From positions 744,001-808,000 of the forward strand of contig CDLV01000010.1 of assembly GCA_001244265.2 (NCBI GenBank): 64,000 nucleotides of DNA, given 5' to 3'. How positions within the stretch are numbered: the stretch's first letter is position 1; each line of letters begins with the position of its first letter. The notes below the pieces were generated by a model that saw only the letters and a program-made list of their open reading frames with translations, did not search any database and had not been told where the DNA came from. Source of the DNA: Microbotryum violaceum (lineage: Eukaryota). The position numbers were made by a program, and so were the translations under genes. This document shows, in pieces, positions 38,435-49,242 of this stretch.

Positions 38435-40408
38435 CTACTCCAGCTGTCCAATCTCCCACGTCTGACACTGGGGTGGCCATTCAACCTTGATCTCGGTCCC
38501 CACGTACTCAACCAGCGGCACCGGTCGATAAAGCCATACCTCCCCCGTTGACATCGTTGAAAGATTGTACGTGTTCAATAAGGGTGGTCGTCCTTGAGAC
38601 TGCTCCACGACGGTCAAGTCCGGCAATTGGGTCACATCGATTTCTTCGCCGTCCGCTGGGGTCAATTTGGGCGTGCCGACTTCGACGATTACGGCTGTAT
38701 GATCAGGATCGCCCAAGGTCGAAAACGATCCCTTTGGTGCGTTCGCCACACAGATCTTCACCAATCTCCATTCGACGACATCCCCGGGTCGGACATAACA
38801 ATCCCCACCCCTCCAAACGCCCGGCTTCCCAACGCGTCCGTAGTACATGAGGTGACCGTGGGTCCTCCCAATGCTGGGGAACGCTTCGGGCATCCCGGGC
38901 CGTTGATTTACGTGCTTCAACGCTTCCGCGGCCACGTCCCAGCATTCACCCCTTGCGACGGGTTGACCACTCGCATAAGCTTGGCGTGCGAACGTGACGA
39001 TTTCGCTCGAATACGTCTCGCTCGCGGCGTATAGTTGCTCGCCTGACCACGGGGACGGGATCGGTCGATATCGCGCTTGACGTTCGACTTGGCTCGGATT
39101 GCGCGTGTCGAATGACATCGCCCACCAACAACACGAAGCATCACCAAAGATGATTAGCCCGATCGTCGTCTTGCTCGTGCCCGTCGAAGACCATGATCCC
39201 GCGTAGCGCATGTCACCGCGCGCTTGAACGAGTGGGGGAGGTCGAGGTGACGTTTCGTTGTACCACAGCGTCTCGTAAGGCTCGTACATGATCCAGTGGC
39301 ACAGCGCGAGGGCCGAGGAGGAATGGGACTGAGGAGGCGGGTAGGATGGCGCTTCCGACTCGGCCTGGTTAGCGGTTCCATCGTAAGGCCAAGTGCGCCG
39401 CGCTCGGGCAAGTGTAGCAGCGTCGACGTTCGGCGGTGGTGACGGTGGTGACGGCGGTGAGATGGCCGCTCGACGAAGATCTGACGTCTGCTCCAACATC
39501 AAGAATTAGCTCGGGAAAGCCTTGAGAACAGCCTTGTAGAACAGCTTACTAAATCGGTCTTCGCCGGTAAAGATGCCTCGCTACCCCCGAGCTGCAGCGA
39601 GCTCAGCCTCGCTTCGAAGAACTGCACGGTCGATTTTGAGCCTGCTCGTCAGACATCACCTCACGCAGCCCACATCGGATCGAAGCTCGACTTGCCTCGT
39701 CTAGCATCGCGAACAGTTCCTCCTTCTCCGAGGTTCCGTACTCGCTGAACCTGACAAATCCGTTTCGACCGAGAGCCGCAGCTGGCGATCCCCTGCGAGG
39801 CAGATTATGGTCGACGGCGTGCTGGTACGGTGGAGCCGCGGTATTTGGAGGCGGAGCCGGCACTGCACGGCCAGTGTTGCTGCTGCTGACCGTGGACGAG
39901 TTCGAGTTGTTACGTGGAGGTGGGGGAGGCGGAGCTGATCCGGCAGTGGGGACGCCGAACGCAGGCTTGCGAGACGGCAACGAAGGTGGCGCAACGGGTG
40001 GTGTAGCAGCACCGGATGAAGGAGTCGATGCTCTGTAAGGCAGTCGAGGGGGCTGTGCAGGTCCTGCCGTTTCCTGTTCGGCCGCAGTGGGGGCGTGAAT
40101 GCGCTTCGGCGGCGGTGGCGGACGGTGTATAGCCGCATGGCGCTGCAACACAGTACTTTGCTCGAACCTTTCTGTAGCAGATGGTTTCGCACGACTAGCT
40201 TCCGGATCCCAGGGTGTGACGGGCTTGTACTGCACCGGCTTCGACGAGCTCTTGGTCTTGAGGTCCCCTGCTGCGTCCGCCTGTGGAGTCGGTGCAAGAG
40301 TGCATGGGCGAAGCATGTGGGTGGAATACGTCAGCTTCAAGTCAGGTCACAAGATGAGGCGAATTCACTCACAGCTTTGGCTTTGAGCGAGGCGAATGTC
40401 GGTGCCAT
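38435..40408 (-). CDS. Pro-rich protein with C-terminal BBC1/AIM3-type cysteine-protease-like fold
   Basis: Start MAPTFASLKAKA, PPPPP tracts, then VARGECWDVAAEAL, VRPGDVVEW, GDPDHTAVI, VVEQ and GEVWLYRP. Confidence 0.7.
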
Positions 40409-41176
40409 GGCGTCGTCCCGGGTAGTGAATGTACGATGCGCAAGCCTGGCCCATCATCGTCTTGGCAGGCGCTCAGTCCGGTCAGGCTCCGACGACGGCC
40501 GATGAGTGCTGGCTAGTGAGCCCCTGTCGCTGCAGTCATGTACATATCGGTGTTACCATAGACTGGTAGCACCGGGAAGGACCACCTAATTTCTGACGAA
40601 AATTAGCCCCACAGAATACCTCGTTTCGAGTGCATACATGCAGCCTGAAAACCGACGCGGGACCGCGTACCTGGTCCTGCACCCCGCGGTACGGCGATCG
40701 GCACTGGCAGGCTTGCCTCGCAACGTCCAACGTCCAACGTCCAACGACTCGTTGACTCGGATCATGTACCTAAGTCCTACTGACTTCTTGCTCCGAGCCG
40801 GTCCTTGGCGGAAACTGATAGCGGTTATACTCGTCTACTTGGTTGGGTGCTATTCATCCTCATCGAGCATCAGTCTTCACTTTCATGTAGCTAGTGCAGT
40901 GTAATCAATCGGTCTGCACTGGGAAGTTGGTACCCAGCGCACGGCTCAGGCGCTCAGGAACGAGCGTCGTCATGTTCACGTGACCTTTGTGCCGCATTCC
41001 GTCCGCCTGTGAAGCTTTCACCGGGTGCATTGTCGAAATAAAAGCTTCCACTTCCTCGAATAGACAGTACTTATTTTCGTTAAACGCCAATCAGAGCGGC
41101 AACGACATAAGAAAATGTTTGGATTTACCTGCCCACGTGCGGATCCGGCCGGACCGGCTTGGCGATTCGCGCCTGC

Positions 41177-41225
41177 CAGCCACAGCGCAAGCAGCAGTAC
41201 AGCGTACAGTGCACAGTGGCTGTGC
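41177..41225. promoter_or_regulatory. Candidate Crz1/CDRE sites upstream of PMC1
   Basis: CAGCCAC at 41177-41183 and GTGGCTGTGC (reverse complement GCACAGCCAC) at 41216-41225. PMC1 is a standard calcineurin-Crz1 target. Confidence 0.35.
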
Positions 41226-42572
41226 AGGGGAGCTGGTGCGCCTGTACCCCCAGCGGCCCAGCGCGCGCACTCATTCGGGCCTGTACTCTCAGATCTCAGC
41301 GCTCAGCTCTCGGCGTTTATGACGTCCGGGGGTGGTGCAAGCAAGTACCGGTAGGTACCTCGGCAGGACTTTGACTTCTCTTGGCTGGGCTTTTTGGTGA
41401 TCCTGCTTTCCTCCTCCACCTCTCCTTCTCTCCCTCTCCCTCCCCCCACCCACGTTCACGCCTTCCGTCTTCGCACGCGGGATCAGATTTTTCTGTCCGT
41501 TCTCGACGCGTATCGGCTCTTTGGTATCCAGCGGCATCGACTGCCTTCAAAATCCAATTACTTCCAAGCAGATCGTATTTAACTCTAAGGCCCTCTGCCA
41601 CCAACCGTCTACCTTCATCTACGGCCTGTTAGCCGCCGCCGCCCATCTTGACTCCTGACCGACTCGATCTCGATCCAACCATGGTGAGCCTTCGTTCTTC
41701 AATTTGGAGTGTTCTGCTTGCACTCTTTGTTCGATCTGGAGATGCTGTTTCGTGTCGCTGGCCATCGATATTGGGTTCGCTCTACCATGAAACAATTTTT
41801 TGTGCGCGCCGTCGGACTTGGGGGAGATCGCGTCAGAGATTGCAGCCAGTGCCACGGCGCGGTAGGCTGCAGTGGACTTGACGTGGCACACCCCAATGCA
41901 CTGGCCATGTCTCGGTGGCTGCTGTCTCGACCTCTTCCTTCGCATCTACTCCACCGGATACCGAGTGATGTGGGATGGAACGTGTTCTCAATGCACGACG
42001 CTAGCAGGGGATCGCGGGCCTACCACTGGCGAGCACCACTTTTCGGGGTTTGAGCTTGAGCGCTTTGAGCCTTGGTTAGGGCTTCGGCGCGGCGCACTTG
42101 AGAGTTCGGCTTGGCGCTCCGATCGCGCGAATCGCATGGGCGCCGCTTTCACGGCTCGCGTACTCTGGGTTCGGAACTGACGACCTTGTTCAATCCTTCT
42201 GCAACCCAACTCCACTCTTCATCCATTTCGCCCTTTTCTTTCCTCTCTTTCATGATGTACCCCTAATCTACACTCCGGGTATCGTCCACTTCCGCCAATC
42301 TCGCCCCACACATTGTCGAAACACCACCCCCACCACCCCACTCCGACCACGCCGACCACGCGCCAAACTCGTGACTCGGGCTTGTTCAAACTCTCGCGGC
42401 GACCTCCCGTTCGTGTACGCTCGATCGCCTTTGGCGCCCTCTCTCACCTCGCCCCTTGCGCCTTCGCCCCTCTCTCTCTCTGTGCCACATCCGCCCTTGT
42501 GGCACATCGCAGTCGTCGGCTCAGCACGCGACTTCGTTCGTCTCGACCATCACAGACTCGAAGCACCACGCC

Positions 42573-45500
42573 ATGTCGACCGATCTCGAAAAGGGCCACA
42601 GCCCGAGCAGCGTCAGCGACCGCGTCGACACCACGCTGCAAGACAAGGCGCCCCAGCGTCGCCTGTGCGGCCTGCTGGCCCCCAAGAAGGAGAAGAAGTT
42701 TGTTCCCTTTGTGTTCCCCGATCCTACTCCCGAGGAGATGGACCCCTTCTCGCGCCAGTTGACGCCGTCGACGCTCTACTCGCTCGTCGACCCCAAGTCG
42801 TACGCCTACCTCAAGTCGCTCGGCGGCACCCCTGCGCTGCTCGCTGGCCTCAAGACCGACCCCAAGCAAGGCCTGTCCGAGTCGACCGGCAAGCTCGAAG
42901 ACCGCAGGAGGATTTGGGGCGAAAACCGTGTACCCCAGAAAAAGTCAAAGTCCTTCCTCGCGCTCTGCTGGGCCGCCTACACCGTAAGTCCTCCTTTCGA
43001 CACCTCTGGCGCGCGATGGCACTAGAGCCGACGCCGAACCGTGCCTCGTGGTGGTGGTGGTGGTGGTGGTGGCGGCGGCGGCGGCGGCGGCGGCATGCTT
43101 CGGCTTTCCCTTCCGAGTCTCATTGTGCTGACTTGCTGTATTATGTCTGGTGTATCTTACCCACCTCTCACAGGACAAGGTCTTGATCGTGCTCTCCGTC
43201 GCCGCCGTTATCTCGCTCGCTCTTGGTATCTACCAATCCGTCGGTGCCCCACCCAAGACGTATGAGTCGACGCGCTGCCCCAACAACACTTGTGTCGAAG
43301 CCTCCGTCGAATGGGTCGAAGGTGTCGCCATTACCATCGCCATCTTCATCGTCGTCATGGTTGGTTCCGTCAACGATTGGCAGAAGGAGCGACAGTTCCA
43401 GAAGCTCAAGTCAGTTGCTCTCCTTCCCCGCTCGGTACCCTGCCTACCTACTTGTACTGATCCCTCTCTGTGTCCACTTCACTACAGCGCCCAGAAAGAA
43501 GAACGCAACGTCAAGTGCATCCGAAACGGGGCCGAACAACTCATGTCCGTTTACGACGTCCTCGTCGGTGACATTCTCTTCGTCGAGCCGGGAGAAATTC
43601 TGCCGTGCGATGGTGTATTCCTCTCGGGCCACAACGTTCGCTGCGACGAGTCCGGCGCCACTGGCGAATCCGATGCCGTTCGTAAGGCCCCCTACGAAGA
43701 GCTCGATGGCAGCGAAAAGGGCAAGACCGACTGCTTCCTCATCTCCGGTTCCAAGGTGCTCGAAGGTGTCGGCTCGTACGTCGTCACCTCAGTCGGTCAA
43801 AACTCGTTCCACGGAAAGATCATGATGTCGCTCCAGGGCGAGATGGAGGACACCCCGCTGCAACTCAAGCTCAACCGATTGGCTGAACTCATCGCCAAGC
43901 TCGGTTCCGCCGCCGGTCTGATCCTGTTCGCCTCGCTCATGATCCGCTTCTTCGTCAACCTTGCCAAGATTCCCGACCGCACTGCAGACCAGAAGGCACA
44001 GAACTTCATCCAAGTCCTCATTATCTCCGTCACCGTCGTCGTCGTCGCCGTTCCCGAAGGTCTTCCCCTCGCCGTCACTTTAGCTCTCGCTTTCGCCACG
44101 CGTCGTATGACCAAGGCCGCCCTGCTCGTTCGTGTCCTCGGTGCTTGCGAGACCATGGCCAACGCGACCGTCATCTGCACCGACAAGACCGGTACACTTA
44201 CCCAGAACAAGATGTCTGTCGTGGCCGGCTCGATTGGTGTCCACCTCAAGTTCGTCGACCGCCTCGAAGAGAACTCGGCCCGCAACAATGCCAACGATGA
44301 CCGTGACCCCGAAAAGATCGTCGGTGCCGCTTCCGAAGCCGACAAGGCCTCGATTGCCCCTTCGGCTACGCGCACCGGCCGTCTAGACTTCCAAACCGAC
44401 ATGAGCGAGATTAACAAGCATCTCTCCCCCGCTCTCAAGACCTTGCTCAACGACTCTGTCGTCATCAACTCGACCGCTTTCGAAGGTACCGACGAGCATG
44501 GCGCCGAGGGCGGCTTCGTCGGCTCCAAGACCGAGACTGCCTTGATGTCTTTCGCCCAAAAGCAGTCGTGGCCCCACTACAAGGCCGTGCGCGAGTCTGC
44601 CAACATCGTCCAAATGATCCCATTTTCGTCCGAGCGCAAGGCTATGGGTGTCGTCGTCAAGCTTGCCGACGGCCGCTACCGCCTCTACCTCAAGGGCGCC
44701 TCCGAAGTCTTGACCAAGCTCGCCCAACGCCACGTTGTCGTCCACGAGAACGGCGCCAACTCTAACTCCGACATCGAAACCGTCGACTTCAACGAAGAGA
44801 CCCGCGGCAACATCAACCGAACCATCATTTTCTACGCTTGCCAATCGCTCCGCACGATCGCTCTTTGTTCGCGCGACTTTGCCTCATGGCCCCCTGCCAA
44901 CGCCGCCATCGACCCCGTTACTGGCGAGGTCGCGTACGATGCCATCGCTCAGGACTTGACTTTGGTCGCCGTCACCGCAATCGAGGATCCCCTTCGTGAA
45001 GGTGTCTCCAAGGCCGTCGCTACGTGCCAGAAGGCAGGCGTTCAGGTCAAGATGTGCACCGGTGACAACGTCCTTACGGCTCGCTCGATCGCTTCGCAAT
45101 GCGGCATCTTCAGCAAGGGTGGCATCATCATGGAAGGCCCCGTTTTCCGCAAACTCACAGTCCAGCAACGTCACGAAATTGTCCCCCGCTTGCAAGTCTT
45201 GGCCCGCTCCTCGCCCGAGGACAAGAAGATCCTCGTCGATCACCTCAAGTCCATGGGCGAGGTCGTCGGTGTCACCGGTGATGGTACGAACGATGGTCCC
45301 GCTCTCAAGAGTGCCAACGTCGGTTTCTCGATGGGTATTGCCGGTACCGAGGTTGCCAAGGAGGCTTCCGATATCATCTTGATGGACGACAACTTTGCCT
45401 CGATCGTCTCTGCCATCATGTGGGGTCGCTGCGTCAACGATTCGGTCAAGAAGTTCCTTCAGGTGTGTTTTCTGGCGTGCATCCAGGTTCTGTATCTTTT

Positions 45501-46786
45501 GGGTTTGTCTTTGCTGACATATTCGCATCGATGGCTTGCCACAGTTTCAACTTTCGGTCAACGTCACCGCCGTCGTCATTACCTACATCACCGCCGTCTC
45601 GTCGAACGATGAAGAGTCCGTCCTCACTGCCGTGCAACTCCTTTGGGTCAACTTGATCATGGACACCTTTGCCGCTCTCGCTCTCGCCACCGATCCCGCC
45701 GACCCCGAGTCCCTTGACAGGAAGCCCGATCGCAAGATGGCCCCTCTCATCTCGGCTCAGATGTGGCTCATGATCCTGGGACAGGCCGTCTACCAGATTC
45801 TCGTCGCTCTCGTCTTGCACTTTGCTGGCCACCATATCTTCGGCTTCCACTCGTCCGACTCGGGTGAACGCATCGATCAAGACAACGAGCTCAAGACTTT
45901 GATTTTTAACTCCTTCGTCTTCTGCCAAATCTGTGAGTCTCTCTTCATGCCTGACCGCCGCTGTAGTTTGGTGTGTTTCCACAGGATGCTGACCTTCGCT
46001 CTCTGCGCCTGTCCGCCTACAGTCAACATGTTGAACGCCCGCCGCCTCGATCGCACGCTCAACATCTTCCATGGTATCCACAAGAACATGTACTTCCTCG
46101 TCATCTTCATCATCATGGTCGGTGGCCAGGCTTTGATCGTCAACTTTGGTGGAGCCGCCTTCCAAGTCGTCCGCATCAGTGCTCGTGACTGGGCCATCTC
46201 GATCATCCTCGGTCTCATTTCGTTGCCCGTCGCTGTCCTTATCCGCTTCTTGCCCCCTGGACCTTGGGAACGCTTCCTCATCAAAATCCGCGTCTACCCC
46301 GATCCCAATGCGCCCCTTCCTTCGTTCACCGAGGAGAAGAAGTGGGGCGAAGGTCTGCAAAAGACGATCGACAACTTGGCCGTCTATTCTCAAATCCGAG
46401 GTGGTCGCGCTCGTGGCTCTTCGATCATTCGCAAGTCGCGCACCAAGCAATTGCGCGAGCACGACATTCATCCTGCTTCGCTAATGGCCATGATTCCCTC
46501 GATGGTTATGGGTTCCGTCGGTGGTGGATGGAGGCCCGAGGGCTCGTTGGCCGACCCTGCTGCGCACGACCCTTCGGCATCCACGACCCAGCTCTTCCAG
46601 ACGGGTCACTTGGCCGAAGGCCGGGACGTTCTGGGCAACTCGATCCCTTCGACCGGCTTCGCTCGTGCCGGTCATTCGAGGTCCGCTTCGCATTCGTCCA
46701 CCTTGGCTCCCATTCCCCAAGGTGGTGAATTGACGACCACAATCACGGCCGATGGCTCGTTGGCTCCTCCTTCCCCGAGACGATAA
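42573..46786 (+). CDS. PMC1: P2B Ca2+-transporting ATPase
   Basis: TGES, VPEGLPLAVT, phosphorylation motif ICTDKTGTLT, KGASE, MCTGDN, TGDGTNDGPAL and QLLWVNLIMDT. Confidence 0.96.
43048..43094. repeat. Compound (GTG)n(GCG)n microsatellite in PMC1 intron 1
   Basis: About 8 GTG units followed by about 8 GCG units inside intron 42984-43173. Confidence 0.9.
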
Positions 46787-48949
46787 GTCGACTAGCTCGT
46801 CTTGTCCCTCCTCTCCTTCTGTCATCACTATGCACTAGCAAACATTCCTCTGTGTCACTATATTTGAGTTCTTTACCACTTCTTGTTACCTACTATCTCC
46901 TGGATGGCCCGCCTCGTTTTTTAGGTGCCAATGTAACACTTCGCTGATGAGCTCTTTGAAAATGCAACCCTTCCTGTCGTCCGAGGCTTGAGAGAGCTTT
47001 TATGAGGGGGTCTTCGGATACTTTACACCCCAGTTGATGCTCAGGGCTACTCTGCTGGGTCGGTACGCAAAATGCAGGGGCAGCTTAGCATCGTTCTTTT
47101 GTCGTCTGATGTCGGACTGCGAGCAAAACCATGGAAGGCCCGTACGGGAAAGAGAAATAATGCAAAAAAAACCGTGTGGCGTGTAGGCACAGGGTTGCAA
47201 TGTCGAAGACTAGGACTTCAGTCGAGAAAATCCTGCCCCAACTCAATGCTGTAAGCATGTACACGCCATATGCTGACCCCTGCGTGAATCGAACACGCGT
47301 CTTTCGCGCCACAAGCGAATATACTGAACCACTATATTAAGGAGTCGTTGACGATATGACTGTGCGTCGCGTATGACCTTCATTAACCCTCTGGGCGCGC
47401 GTTGGTCAGAAGAAATACCGTCGCTCGCGATTTCGTGTTCCAGGCTCGGGAGGACGGTGGCTTGGGCTTGATTTCAATCGTCGACATCGTTCATTCGGTG
47501 GCGCTTCGATTTTGGGATGCTGTGGCGGGCTCGAACGAGGCGATCTGGGCGCCCCTAGCTCGCGAGAGCTGGAGGTCCCTCGTCGCTGCGACCCGCGATT
47601 TCAGTCCGTGGGGGTTCTTCAGCAGCACGGCTCGGGTCGAGAAGCTGTATCGCGACTCGACGCGCTGGGGGGCAGTCGTTGCAGCTGCCAGGATCACAGT
47701 TCCAACCATCAAGTCCGAACTCCTTACGCTCCCCGAATTGCTCTCGCTTCCGCCTCGCCTCCCTTCACTCTATGCTGAAGGTGCCAAGCACGCATATGAC
47801 GATGCGGACGCAGTGGCGAAGTTTGCGCAGATCGCGGACCTGTACTGGAGGGACGAAGGGAAGGGCTGGGCTCTGGTTGGTCATCGACGCGGGTTCTGGC
47901 AGCACTCTAAGGAACCCGCCCTACAGCACGAGCACGTGTGGTCGCGCGTGGGTCAGTTGCTCAAGGCGAAAGCCTTGCTGCCCAAGACCGCGTTGCGACC
48001 TGCTCGGATACCTCTCAAGGAGGCTCCCCGTCCTCGGTGCTTCAACTTCTTTGGGCTCACCCGACCTTTTACGATTCGCAAGCTTCGTCGGCTTGTGAAC
48101 GTGGTTCGGTTCCCAGGGAGGGAGGATCGTGTCAAGCGTTTCCGTGATGGGTCTTCTCAGAGCGATAGGAAGCGCTTCTGGAGATGGCTTCATGACCGGT
48201 TCGCGTCTGCTGTGGAGCAGGACACCCACTGGCGGCTCATGTACGACGTGACGCCGACGCGCAAGAGGCAGCATACTCAGGGTCATGCCTCTTCGCCGAC
48301 GTGTCTGTTCTGCGGCAACGATGCAGCGGTCATCGAGACGGTGTCGCACTACTTCTTCGAGTGCGCGTACTCGACCAGCTTCTGGGGTGGGGTGCTTCGC
48401 ATTCTGTTCGACAAGCTGGGCATCGAGGATACCGACGTCGATCCGTCGACGTTCACTCCGGAGCAGCTGACTATGGGGCTCCCCCTTTTGCGGGGTCGTG
48501 GGAGAACGACCTCGAGATGGATGTGGGTTCGGCTGGCCTGCGCGATCGGCTTCCAGCGGCTGCACCTGCTCCGCTGGCGCGTTCATCAGCGGTTCGAACT
48601 GGACAAGGTCGTGGCCCCTCCCTCGCTCCCCAGTGCACTCAGAGCGTTCGAGCGAGATTTTCTCTCTCGAGCGGGTTTTGTGCCTGGGGCTCGAGATTGG
48701 GAGGTGTGATGACCGAGTTAAGTCCTTCCTTCCCATTTTCCTCCCCTCCTTTCCTCCCTTTTTTTTCGGAGGTCGACTCCTCTTTTAGAAGCTGACTGTC
48801 TTGGAACTTGTTGCGCAGTGGAAGGCTGCGCACCTCTCCCTCTCTCTCTCTACTTTGCGCAGTAGCGGTTTTTTGTTCTTGGATGGATCGGCAAGCCAGG
48901 TCGATTGTCTTTGCGTTGGAGGCTTTGTGAGGTTTTTCCCTCTCCTTTC

Positions 48950-49192
48950 TGTTGAGGTAGATTACTCTTGCCTTAAATCTGCCTAGCGCGCGTCTCTATT
49001 TGTATTAGCCGCGCGGTCCAATCGCGTCTTTCCTTCTTCTTCTCCACTTGATTACGAACTCATTGGCTTGCCACTGCCGCCAACTCGTTCAGGTGTGTGA
49101 AGAACTCCTTTATTGCAATCTAACTTGATTACGAACTCATTGGCTTGCCACTGCCGCCAACTCGTTCAGCACATCGCTGTTCGATTTCTACA
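48950..49192 (+). repeat. 5' LTR (243 bp)
   Basis: Identical by eye to 53465-53707. Contains an internal 47-bp direct repeat (49046-49092 and 49123-49169). Confidence 0.96.
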
Positions 49193-49242
49193 GGTTACGA
49201 GCCCAACGTAGCGGCCCAGCCAACTCGAGTCATCAAGTCATC

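Noticed and set aside
46944..46965. CTGATGAG...GAAA hammerhead-like words downstream of PMC1
   Set aside because: Stems I and III and an NUH cleavage site cannot be formed. Probably chance.
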